DNA of 64,000 nucleotides from Lachnospiraceae bacterium (GCA_045124315.1 JBGVLO010000009.1:5348-69347), one strand, 5' to 3'. Counted from the stretch's first letter, positions 35,391-44,250 are shown. The notes: a model not told the origin generated them from the sequence alone. Made by a program: numbers and translations.

Positions 35391-35954
35391 ATGGAGGATG
35401 AAAAGATTGTTTCAAAAATCTTTCATAGAGAAGAAGAAGGCTTGCAAGCATTGATCGATAAATATGAAACCTATTGTTTTACCATTGCTCAGAGAATCAC
35501 CCAAAATACAGAAGATGCAATGGAATGTGTAAATGATACCTGGCTAAGAACATGGGATACCATACCTCCCGGTAAACCGGAATATTTGCAGGGCTATGTG
35601 GCAAAGATTACAAGAAATCTAGCCATCAACAAAAGAAAGCTTGGCATGACGAAAAAACGAGGTGGAGATTTGGTCCAGGTTGCCTTAGAAGAGTTAGATG
35701 AGTGTATACCGGGTGATTCGAATGTGGAAAATAAAATTTTAGAAAAGCATTTGGAGAGCACCATTTATCATTTTTTGAAAAAGCAGTCGGTAGAGAAACG
35801 AGTGTGTTTTATTAAGCGGTATTTTTATTTTGAAGAAATCAAACAAATCGCAGAAGAAATGGATATGAAAGAAGGCAGCGTGAAATCAAATTTACACAGG
35901 GTTCGGAAACAACTGAGAGTGTATCTAAGACAGGAGGGCATCGACTATGAGTAA
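35391..35954 (+). CDS. ECF-type RNA polymerase sigma factor (pair 2)
   Basis: Region 2 (EDAMECVNDTWLRTW) and region 4 (IKQIAEEMDMKEGSVKSNLHRVRKQL). Confidence 0.85.
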   Translation: MEDEKIVSKIFHREEEGLQALIDKYETYCFTIAQRITQNTEDAMECVNDTWLRTWDTIPPGKPEYLQGYVAKITRNLAINKRKLGMTKKRGGDLVQVALEELDECIPGDSNVENKILEKHLESTIYHFLKKQSVEKRVCFIKRYFYFEEIKQIAEEMDMKEGSVKSNLHRVRKQLRVYLRQEGIDYE

Positions 35955-36894
35955 AAAGTATTCAGAGGAATTACTCCAGGCGGTTGGAAATCTGGAGGAA
36001 GAATTGTTGCAGGAAGCAGATATGTATGAGAAAGGAAGGAAAAGAAAAATGAATCGAAGAAGTATAAAATATGTTGCAGCGGCATCTTTGGGAATGGTGC
36101 TTCTCGCAGGAGGCGCAACCGGTGTGGTTGCAGCAATCAATGGAGAAAGTGTGGGCCAGCTATTTTGTAATGTGTGGAATTTGTCGGATGAAAAAGCACA
36201 GAAGAATTCCTATTCGGAGCAGGTAAATGAAATGTGTGACAGCAAATTCGAGATTTTAGAGGAGACGAATACATTTAAAAATGTTAAGGTGGAACCATTA
36301 CAAGTGTTATCGGATCAGTTTAGTTACTACATTGTGGTGAAAGTAACTGGGAAGAATGGTTTTGAGTTACCTGAAGATACCGTGTTAGACGGAAGTGGAT
36401 GCGAGGATGATGCGGGAGCTTACGATGTTCGAAATGTATATTTCCTAAAAAGAGAGGGAAATTCCATGTATTATGCCTTTCAAGGTGCCGGAAATATGAA
36501 CAAAGAACAGGTGAAATTCAATATCAATATGGAGTTGGTCCATGGCACTGTGTGGGAAGATGGAAGCCTGGAATCTTTTGGAAAGCAGGTTTGCAAAGGA
36601 GAATACAGCGCATCTATCAATACGACCACTGTTCGCTCAGATAAGGTTACTATAAATGTAGATGGTATTGCATACGATATCTATCCAATGAGTGCATATG
36701 TACATGGGGATTTTGAACCGGATGAAGTGGCACATTATGTGGTATTAGAGGATAATACAAAAGTTTATGTGCAGCCACTTGGTGCAACTGTGGAGAAAAA
36801 AATTACAACAGAAACAAAATGTCTGTTGAAGGAACCCGTGGATGTGACTAAAATTTCAGGAATAGAAATAAACGGTAAATTCTACCGTAAATAA
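35947..36894 (+). CDS. Single-pass membrane protein, putative cognate anti-sigma factor
   Basis: The start overlaps the sigma stop (ATGAGTAA). There is one TM (YVAAASLGMVLLAGGATGVVAAI) and a 250-aa extracytoplasmic domain with no recognised family. Confidence 0.5.
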   Translation: MSKKYSEELLQAVGNLEEELLQEADMYEKGRKRKMNRRSIKYVAAASLGMVLLAGGATGVVAAINGESVGQLFCNVWNLSDEKAQKNSYSEQVNEMCDSKFEILEETNTFKNVKVEPLQVLSDQFSYYIVVKVTGKNGFELPEDTVLDGSGCEDDAGAYDVRNVYFLKREGNSMYYAFQGAGNMNKEQVKFNINMELVHGTVWEDGSLESFGKQVCKGEYSASINTTTVRSDKVTINVDGIAYDIYPMSAYVHGDFEPDEVAHYVVLEDNTKVYVQPLGATVEKKITTETKCLLKEPVDVTKISGIEINGKFYRK

Positions 36895-36911
36895 TTGTAA
36901 TAGTAGTATTT

Positions 36912-36974
36912 AAAACTAATAACGACATTTGTCATCAAAATTATGTTGACAAATGTCGTTATTAGTTTTATAGT
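36912..36974 (+). promoter_or_regulatory. Perfect 23-nt-arm inverted repeat carrying two ACAnnTGT-type boxes and a TTGACA-17-TATAGT promoter (BlaI-type operator/promoter)
   Basis: The arms are AAAACTAATAACGACATTTGTCA (36912-36934) and TGACAAATGTCGTTATTAGTTTT (36947-36969). The -35 is at 36946-36951 and the -10 at 36969-36974. BlaI/MecI/CopY repressors bind TACAnnTGTA-like dyads. Confidence 0.6.
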
Positions 36975-37043
36975 AATCCTGTAAGTTATGGATGGACGCA
37001 TTTGTAACTGCGTGGCCACAAAGACGCTGTTGTAGCAATAGAC

Positions 37044-37073
37044 GTTATAGTTTACATACCTGTAAACTGTAAC
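37044..37073. repeat. Palindromic intergenic repeat, copy 4 (GTTATAGTTTACA-TACC-TGTAAACTGTAAC)
   Basis: Same architecture as copies 1-3 with a compensated C:G to T:A change and one T/G (wobble) position. It lies between the blaI promoter and the start codon. Confidence 0.8.
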
Positions 37074-37106
37074 CAATAGACTGCAATATGCAAAGGAGGA
37101 TGCATC

Positions 37107-37490
37107 ATGAAAGAGAAGATAGAAAGATTACCGGATTCGGAACTGGCTGTTATGCAGGTTGTGTGGGCAGAACAGCCACCTATCGGGTCAGGAAAGATTG
37201 TGCAGATTTTGGAACAGGAAAGAGGATGGACACGTTCCACCGTTCAGGTTTTGTTAAAGCGTTTAGAAGAGAAAAAATTTCTTGGCTGTACGAAGGAAGG
37301 CAGGCTTAAGATGTATACTCCCTTGGTAGAAAAAGAACAATATGTATCAAGGGAGACAAAGAGTTTTTTGGAGCATTTTTATGACAATTGCTATCAGGGT
37401 TTGATTGCTTCTTTAGTGAAGAACGAAACCATTAGCCAGGATGATATCGCAGATATTGTTTCTATAATTACAGAGAATTCCCATAAGTAA
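37107..37490 (+). CDS. BlaI/MecI/CopY-family transcriptional repressor
   Basis: 127 aa with a winged-helix N-terminus (SELAVMQVVW...TRSTVQVLLKRLEEKKFL), immediately upstream of an M56 sensor gene. Confidence 0.85.
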   Translation: MKEKIERLPDSELAVMQVVWAEQPPIGSGKIVQILEQERGWTRSTVQVLLKRLEEKKFLGCTKEGRLKMYTPLVEKEQYVSRETKSFLEHFYDNCYQGLIASLVKNETISQDDIADIVSIITENSHK

Positions 37491-37494
37491 AAGG

Positions 37495-39522
37495 ATGATG
37501 CGTATGATAGAATTATTTCAAGATATGGTACTGTTGTCTTTTCAGATAGGACTATTGATTGGCATAGTATTACTTTTTTGCAGAAGGACGAAGAGGCCTT
37601 ATCAAGTTATGGGGCGTTATTGTTTGTGGCTGGTCTTAGCACTTCGTCTGCTAATTCCTGTAAATATGGAATGGTTTCATTTGGAGAGTGTTTTTGGATC
37701 CGAAGATACCTTTTATGCGTGGGAAAATGTAGGGCAATCTGGTTTTTCAGAAAATGCGACGGTAGAGCAAATAGAAAAAAGTGTTCAAAATGAATTGCGA
37801 AAGGACTCAGTGGACACTAGCGAAAGTTTCACAAAGCAAAGGAATGTATATAAAAATACAAATGCAAATCTACAAAATCAAGTGGATACGAAATTACCTG
37901 TTTTGTTGAATGAGAAGAATAAGGATGGGAGAGTAAATATACTTGATCAATGGCAGAACTGGTATGATAGGGAGAGAAATACATTTTGGAATATGCTCTT
38001 TCTAATATGGATTACCGGTCTGTTTATCATGGCAGGGTATGAAGTGCTTCGATACCAATCGGTATACAGAGTGATCCAGCGATGGATAAAAAGTGTGCCA
38101 AGGGAGTATGTACAGGAATTGGACCGGGTAAAGAAGGAGATGCATATTCACAAGGATATTCCTGTGTATTATTGTAACAAAGTTTTTTCTCCTATGATCG
38201 TTGGATTAAGGAAACCGGCAATTATTTTACCGGAAAAAGCATACAGAAAGGATAGCCTGTATTTTATTTACAAGCATGAACTTACTCATTTTTCCCATGG
38301 AGATTTGTATTATAAATGCATACAGACCATAATAAAGTGCGTGTATTGGTTTCAGCCAATGGTACATAAGATGTATCAACAAGCAAGCTTTGATGTGGAG
38401 CTTCTCTGTGACGAAAGGGTAACGAAAAATGAAAGCTGTGAATTTTGTAAGGCATATAGTCTTGTATTGTTAGATACGCTAGCGGGACAGAGTCAAAAAG
38501 CATTTCCTCTTTCCACCTGTTTTATGAATGGAGGAAAGAAACAGATGAAAGAACGATTTTTACGAATTATGAATCAAAATAAGTCGAAATATGGCATTGC
38601 ATTTTTTGGAGTATTAATAGTATGTGCATTGGTTTTGGGAAATATATCATTTCATCCTGCAAATGCAGAGGGTGTCAATGCTCAAAACAACAAGGAAAGT
38701 AAAGTATCAGAAAAGAGTATAACGGATATCAAACATATTTTAGTGGTTGGAGAGGAGAACATTACGGGAAGTGAATATTCCAGGGCAGACCTCAATGTAT
38801 TGGTTACTTTGAATCCGCAATCCAAAAAAATTTATGTTACGGACCTGCATAGAGATCTTTTGGTGCAGTATCAGGGAGAGAAGGATAAACTAAGTCTTTT
38901 ATATGCCAAGCATGGGATGAAAGCCACAAAAGAGGTGGTTGAAGATATGGCAGGGATTTCTATAGACAGTACTGTAAAAGTGGATTTTCAGCAATTCGAA
39001 AAATTGATTGATGCCATCGGCGGTTTGGAAATTGAATTAACCAAAGAGGAAGCAGAATATTTGAATAAAACAAATTATATTCGTGATAAGAAATATCGAA
39101 ATGTGAAAGCGGGTGTGCAAAAGTTAAATGGCCAACAGATACTTGGCTATGTAAGAGTAAGACATGTGAAAAGTGCCAGCGGAAAGCAGGATTCCTTTGG
39201 AAGAGGAGAGCGCGGCATGAAAATTATTGGTGCTTTGCAAAAAGCGGTAAAGACATTGGATGTAGAAGAATGGAAAGATATCGGAAAAATGATGTATGAT
39301 TGTGTGACAGTTCTTGATTTAGAATGGTCGGATGCTTACAATATGGCAAATGCCGTATTGTCTGAGGATTATACTTTGGAGACACAGCAGGTGCCTGATA
39401 TGACAAAGAAAGAAGATGGAACTTGGGACGCTGATTGTGAAATGATTACGGAAGAAAGATTGGGATGTTGTATTCGGTATGATTTTACGAAAAGTAAGAG
39501 TTTAGAACGGATACGTAACTAG
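37495..39522 (+). CDS. BlaR1/MecR1-type M56 metallopeptidase signal transducer fused to an extracellular LytR-CpsA-Psr (LCP) domain
   Basis: TM segments plus the zinc motif HELTHFSHGD (M56). After a further TM (IAFFGVLIVCALVLG) comes an LCP-like domain: ILVVGEEN...SRADLNVLVTLNP...LHRDLLV...IDAIGGLEIEL...GYVRVRH...DSFGRGERG. Confidence 0.8.
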   Translation: MMRMIELFQDMVLLSFQIGLLIGIVLLFCRRTKRPYQVMGRYCLWLVLALRLLIPVNMEWFHLESVFGSEDTFYAWENVGQSGFSENATVEQIEKSVQNELRKDSVDTSESFTKQRNVYKNTNANLQNQVDTKLPVLLNEKNKDGRVNILDQWQNWYDRERNTFWNMLFLIWITGLFIMAGYEVLRYQSVYRVIQRWIKSVPREYVQELDRVKKEMHIHKDIPVYYCNKVFSPMIVGLRKPAIILPEKAYRKDSLYFIYKHELTHFSHGDLYYKCIQTIIKCVYWFQPMVHKMYQQASFDVELLCDERVTKNESCEFCKAYSLVLLDTLAGQSQKAFPLSTCFMNGGKKQMKERFLRIMNQNKSKYGIAFFGVLIVCALVLGNISFHPANAEGVNAQNNKESKVSEKSITDIKHILVVGEENITGSEYSRADLNVLVTLNPQSKKIYVTDLHRDLLVQYQGEKDKLSLLYAKHGMKATKEVVEDMAGISIDSTVKVDFQQFEKLIDAIGGLEIELTKEEAEYLNKTNYIRDKKYRNVKAGVQKLNGQQILGYVRVRHVKSASGKQDSFGRGERGMKIIGALQKAVKTLDVEEWKDIGKMMYDCVTVLDLEWSDAYNMANAVLSEDYTLETQQVPDMTKKEDGTWDADCEMITEERLGCCIRYDFTKSKSLERIRN

Positions 39523-39545
39523 TTAAATTTGGAGAAAATGTTTGT

Positions 39546-39615
39546 TTCCCATATCTGCCTCTTTTGTGCTATACGAAAGGTAATAGCACAGAAGAAGCGG
39601 ATATGGGAATTTTTT
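39546..39615 (+). terminator. Long hairpin + T6, terminator between convergent genes
   Basis: TTCCCATATC...GATATGGGAA outer stem with an inner stem CTCTTTTGTGCTAT/ATAGCACAGAAGAAG, followed by TTTTTT. Confidence 0.7.
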
Positions 39616-39683
39616 AGTCAAATTGGTATTTTGACCTTGTTTTACATCTTTTACAATCATTCAAATGAAATCCTGTAAAAGGA

Positions 39684-41174
39684 TTATAGATCTTCATTAT
39701 AAAATTTATGGTTTTTTGTAGCCTGACGGTATGTTTTCTTATACCAATAGAGGGAGGTTTGACCCTTCTTATAATTCTGAATCTCAACATCCACATCAAA
39801 ATAGTATGCCTTGCCATTTAGGATGGCTTTATTCCAGGAGTGACCTCTTGCGGTGCCATTTTGATTCAGGTAATATCCTTCACAGAGAAAGCAGGGGATT
39901 CCCTCGTGCTGACACATGAGCTTGAATATAAGGGCGTTTTCCGTACATACACCGCCTCGTCGTGCCAGACAATCCTCTATAAAACCAAGCATGAAATTGC
40001 TGGTAACATAATTATGCATAACCTGATGAGAATCTAACCTAGTTTGGGTCTTTTCTCCATAGGCTTCGATTTTTGGTTTTAGTTTTTTCAAATTATATTT
40101 TAATTTGATAGAATCATAATTGTCCGTGTGTTTGAAGTTTTTCGCCATATAGCGATAGATCTTCTCGACTTTTTTCTCATCTGACATGTTAGATTTTACG
40201 CCTGCTTTTTTTAACATATCCTCTACAAGATAATCGCAGGTAGCATTTCCGGTATAGAAGGTTATCTTCTTAGCGGCCTTCAATCCCTTTGTTCCACCAG
40301 GAGCTTTTCGTGAAATGGTAAGTGGCTTTGTGGCTGATGTGGTATAAAATGGCTTCTCTTTCCCATTGCTATAAAAGTGTGTTATCTCAATTGTGTATTC
40401 GCCATCGGGAACATAAGCACCGGGGCGCAATCCGGCACTATTATTTTTGTCTGCTTTTCCGTCCCAGGTGTAGGATAGCAGCTTCTGATAAGCATCTGAA
40501 TTTGAGGTTTTGGAATCCTCCCGAGACACATTGTTGTCTTTTTCATTCACTTTATGCACGCAATTTCCATTGCTGTCAAGTATGCGTAATTGATTTCGAA
40601 ACAACATATTTTCCCAAAATAAATGTAAATTCGTATAATAGCCATTTTTTAGATCAGGATCATAGATTTCGCTGTAGATATAAAGATAATTGTCTTTGCT
40701 TGGGTGAAATCCCTTTGCTGGACAGGAGGTTTCAATATGCGCTATCGATAAATCCGGTGTGTAAATTTCCGGATAGGCTACTTCGTAACTCATGTAGTCC
40801 TGAAAAGAATCATAGAACATAAAGGTAATACTGCCCGGATAATGTTCTCCCTGTCGATGTAAGGTTGTTTCATACTGTAATGTATTGATGTCGATAACTT
40901 CCGGCATTAATACATTTACCTCAAGCTGTACGGTGTCTTTGAGGAAGGATAACTCTTCGCAGGCAATCCATGGATTTGCCCAAGTAAAGAAACAGCCATT
41001 ACAAAGGAGCTGCGCAGTAAAGCTTCGCTCGCCATCTGAGAAGGTTACTGTCATTGCAGTGGGATTATCCTCTGGATCTGTGTCGTCTGCATAGCATATC
41101 TTGTTTGTGCACAGGACACTAAAGCAAATAACAAAAATAATACTGAATAATTGAAATTGTTTTTGTATTTTCAT
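39684..41174 (-). CDS. Secreted transglutaminase-like (papain-fold Cys-His-Asp) protein with an FlgD-Ig-like middle domain
   Basis: Signal peptide. The C-terminal core GGVCTENALIFKLMCQHEGIPC...GHSWNKAILNGKAYYFDVD matches the transglutaminase-like superfamily, and YTWDGKADKNNSAGLRPGAYVPDGEYTIEIT resembles FlgD Ig-like domains. Confidence 0.75.
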   Translation of the reverse strand: MKIQKQFQLFSIIFVICFSVLCTNKICYADDTDPEDNPTAMTVTFSDGERSFTAQLLCNGCFFTWANPWIACEELSFLKDTVQLEVNVLMPEVIDINTLQYETTLHRQGEHYPGSITFMFYDSFQDYMSYEVAYPEIYTPDLSIAHIETSCPAKGFHPSKDNYLYIYSEIYDPDLKNGYYTNLHLFWENMLFRNQLRILDSNGNCVHKVNEKDNNVSREDSKTSNSDAYQKLLSYTWDGKADKNNSAGLRPGAYVPDGEYTIEITHFYSNGKEKPFYTTSATKPLTISRKAPGGTKGLKAAKKITFYTGNATCDYLVEDMLKKAGVKSNMSDEKKVEKIYRYMAKNFKHTDNYDSIKLKYNLKKLKPKIEAYGEKTQTRLDSHQVMHNYVTSNFMLGFIEDCLARRGGVCTENALIFKLMCQHEGIPCFLCEGYYLNQNGTARGHSWNKAILNGKAYYFDVDVEIQNYKKGQTSLYWYKKTYRQATKNHKFYNEDL

Positions 41175-41449
41175 AAAATCCCTCCATTCCGCCTCTTTTG
41201 ATTTGTGGCATAAATTGCTTCTGTTTTTTTCTCATATTACCCCTCCGTTTGTATATGTATTCGTTTGGCGTTTTACGAATTGCACTCTTTGAACAGCTAC
41301 CTATTTTGCAACTATTCTGTTGTCTATGAATATAACTCATAGCATTCATCCAACAAGTTCTAGTATATCATATTATTATTTCCATTTATTTACAAGGATG
41401 TTGCGTTTGTGTTGCATTAATGCGATAAAATCAAAACATGGTTTTGTGC

Positions 41450-41494
41450 AAAAAAGGGTAACGGAGAATGATTTTAATTCCTTCTCTGTTACCC
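41450..41494 (-). terminator. Intrinsic terminator (minus strand)
   Basis: On the minus strand: GGGTAACAGAGAAGG-loop-ATTCTCCGTTACCC followed by T6. Confidence 0.6.
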
Positions 41495-41702
41495 TTTCTT
41501 ACATCCGGATTCTGTGCCGGAGTTGTAGTTTTGTAACCTAGTTTCACACTGGCTACCAAAAGTAGAACGTTCTAATGGATCCAGTTCTACGACTAACACA
41601 ACAGCATCTACTTTTTATAACAAAATTTAATCTATTCGCGAAATCCAGCTTTTACGAATAGATTGGGTTATCCTCACATCACCCAAAAGCACTCCTAATA
41701 AA

Positions 41703-41810
41703 TCAATGACCTTTTGAAATTACTTTTGCTTTTAATGGATCGGACATTTTTGCATTCCAATTTCGCTTTTCCTCAAAATACATATGAATTCTTTTAAGAA
41801 ATTTAAACAT
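41703..41810 (-). CDS. 35-codon ORF with strong RBS (MFKFLKRIHMYFEEKRNWNAKMSDPLKAKVISKGH)
   Basis: GGAGGTG lies 8 nt upstream of the ATG. There is no recognisable family; it may be a gene remnant. Confidence 0.3.
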   Translation of the reverse strand: MFKFLKRIHMYFEEKRNWNAKMSDPLKAKVISKGH

Positions 41811-42087
41811 TGTTAATGCACCTCCATTTCTATAGTTTCGCTCCACTTACTAAAACGACATTCCTATATATAGAATACAACACTATTTGCATCCATGCAA
41901 ACAAATTAAGAAAAACTCAGCAGTTAGAAATAAATATTCTTATTTCTTTCATAACATTGTAATACAAATAAAATAAATGTGTATATGAATAACAATATAT
42001 GTTATACTGGAAATTGCTTGGCAAATTCTAGAAACTATTTCCAGTGGTAGATTACCAGGCGATAAAATATACGAATGGAGAGCGAAA

Positions 42088-44241
42088 ATGAGGAAAAAGA
42101 TGAAAAAAAAGATGAGAAAACAAATTGCAATCGGTATGTCCATGGTATTTTTGGGCACATCCCTACCAAGTACTGCCGTAATACAGGCATCCAGCAAACC
42201 CAAGTTAAATAAGAACAATCTTTCCTTAAGCACGGGAGAAAGCAGTAAATTAATGGTTAAGGGAACAAAGAAAGCAGTAAAATGGTCTACTAGCAACAAG
42301 AAAATAGTAACTGTGAAAAAAGCCAGTAAGGCGGCCGCAAAGGTTACTGCAAAAAAGAAAGGAAACGCGCAAATCCTTGCAAAAGTATCCGGAAAGATCT
42401 TAAAATGCAAGATTACAGTTAAGGAAAAACAGGCATCCGAAGCAACAACTGCAGCACCTGTGGACACAAGTGGCTCCGTATCACCTGTTATCACTACAAG
42501 CACTGATGCACCTGCAGGTACAACAAATTCCACCACTACTCCGGTTTCAAATACAAACACCGTTACACCTACAGCCACGCCCGTAGACAGTACATCACCT
42601 AGTGCATCTTTAGAGTCAACAACTTCCCCTATACCTAATGTTGGAAACATTGAAAACGAGGCCAACACTACTACGCCTACGGCTACAGCAGATGTTACCA
42701 GTGCGCCAGTTACCGATATTACACCTGATCCTTCTTTGGAGGCAACCACCACAGACATACCAAGTATTGAAAACACTGTTGCACCTACAGAAAATGTAAC
42801 TCCAGAAGCCTCAGTGGAGCCTATGACAACTGCACAACCTACTACTACACCAAACCCAGATGTAATCAGTGGGACGGAAGCAATTTTACAGTTTTCGGCA
42901 AACGGAAAGGCTGTAACAGGTGTTACAAATGTGGAGGATGCTACTTTTGCAGTTATTCCAAGTAGTGTGACTTGCATTGAATCTTCTGCTTTCGCTGGAT
43001 GTAGCAATCTGGAAAGCGTAACCATACCAGACAGTGTCACTTCTATTGAGAGCTCTGCATTTTCTAATTGTAGAAGCCTTACTAGCATAACCTTATCAGA
43101 CCATTTGACTAGTATTGGATCTGATGCATTTCGTTTTTGCAGCAACCTGAATAGTATAACCTTACCAAACAGTGTTACTAATATTGGAAAGGATGCATTT
43201 ACTTTCTGTAGCAACCTTACCAGCATAAATATACCGAATAATGTCACTACGATTGAATATGATACATTTTTAGGTTGCGACAACCTGGAAAAAATTACGG
43301 TAAATCCAGGAAATAAAGTTTTCGACTCAAGAAATGACTGTAACGCCGTTATCTCTACTGAAGAAAACAAAGTAATTTTAGGTTGTAAAAACACAACCAT
43401 TCCAGACAGCGTCACTTCCATTGGAAGATTTTCATTTAGGAAATGTAACAATCTAACCAACATAAATATACCGGCTAATGTCACTACGATTGAGCAGGGA
43501 GCCTTTTCTGATTGTAACAACCTAATCAGTATAAACATATCAAATGGTGTCACTGCGATTGAATATGATGCATTTTCTAGGTGTAACAGTCTTAGCGGTA
43601 TACATATACCTGCTAGTGTTACTGAGATTTCGAAGCATGCGTTTTCTAGTAACGGTAATCTGGAAAGTATAACTGTGGATCCCGAAAATACAGTTTATGA
43701 CTCAAGAAATGACTGCAATGCCCTAATATCTACTTCTAGAAATGCTTTGCTTATTGGATGCAAAAATACAATTATACCAGACGGTGTGACAGATATTGAG
43801 CATGGTTCGTTTTATGGTTGTAGTAGCCTTATCAGCATAAGCATTCCAAACAGTGTCACCTATATTGGGGATTATACATTTGCGGGTTGTAGTAGCCTTA
43901 CCAGCATATCCTTACCGGAAAATTTGACTGGTATTAACAATGAAACATTTTCGAGTTGTAGTAGCCTTACCAGTGTAACCTTACCAGACAGTATAATCAG
44001 CATTAAGAGATCTGCATTTTCAAATTGTAGCAATCTAACCAACATAAACATTCCAAACAGTGTCACTAATATTGAGCATGGGGCATTTTATGGATGTGTC
44101 AACCTAACTAACTTGACCATTCCAAATAATGTCACTTATATTGAGTCTGATGCATTTAAATATGTACCTCACATAGAGTACCATGGTTCGGCAACTGGTT
44201 CGGCAACCGGTTCGCCATGGGGAGCATACTCCATGAATTAG
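42088..44241 (+). CDS. Surface protein: signal peptide, Big_2-like domain, T/P/S-rich linker, about 17 BspA-type leucine-rich repeats
   Basis: 23-aa repeats of the form IPxSVTxIxxxAFxxCxxLxSI span roughly 42940-44170. The N-terminal Ig-like module is LSLSTGESSKLMVKG...ILAKVSGKILKCKITV. Confidence 0.85.
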   Translation: MRKKMKKKMRKQIAIGMSMVFLGTSLPSTAVIQASSKPKLNKNNLSLSTGESSKLMVKGTKKAVKWSTSNKKIVTVKKASKAAAKVTAKKKGNAQILAKVSGKILKCKITVKEKQASEATTAAPVDTSGSVSPVITTSTDAPAGTTNSTTTPVSNTNTVTPTATPVDSTSPSASLESTTSPIPNVGNIENEANTTTPTATADVTSAPVTDITPDPSLEATTTDIPSIENTVAPTENVTPEASVEPMTTAQPTTTPNPDVISGTEAILQFSANGKAVTGVTNVEDATFAVIPSSVTCIESSAFAGCSNLESVTIPDSVTSIESSAFSNCRSLTSITLSDHLTSIGSDAFRFCSNLNSITLPNSVTNIGKDAFTFCSNLTSINIPNNVTTIEYDTFLGCDNLEKITVNPGNKVFDSRNDCNAVISTEENKVILGCKNTTIPDSVTSIGRFSFRKCNNLTNINIPANVTTIEQGAFSDCNNLISINISNGVTAIEYDAFSRCNSLSGIHIPASVTEISKHAFSSNGNLESITVDPENTVYDSRNDCNALISTSRNALLIGCKNTIIPDGVTDIEHGSFYGCSSLISISIPNSVTYIGDYTFAGCSSLTSISLPENLTGINNETFSSCSSLTSVTLPDSIISIKRSAFSNCSNLTNINIPNSVTNIEHGAFYGCVNLTNLTIPNNVTYIESDAFKYVPHIEYHGSATGSATGSPWGAYSMN

Positions 44242-44250
44242 AGGATAAAA

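Noticed and set aside
41119-41349. 76-aa minus-strand ORF upstream of the transglutaminase-like gene; the tail …SAIRKTPNEYIYKRRG faintly resembles the end of AraC-family HTH domains
   Set aside because: The similarity is only a few residues with the wrong spacing, there is no RBS, and the ORF overlaps the signal-peptide region of the downstream gene. Probably non-coding or debris.
41949-43553. 534-aa ORF on the minus strand, the third-longest ORF in the region
   Set aside because: It lies entirely antisense to the LRR/T-P-rich surface protein gene (42088-44241). Its translation is a monotonous mirror of the repeats (…LLQ..NA..SI.VTL.G…) and it has no RBS or family resemblance. It is an artefact of repeat and codon composition.
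42940-44170. Regular 69-nt periodic repeats that might be mistaken for a CRISPR array or satellite
   Set aside because: The repeats are contiguous with no unique spacers, are in frame and encode 23-aa BspA-type leucine-rich repeats. No cas genes are present. The same reasoning applies to the 24-nt repeats at 60423-60542.
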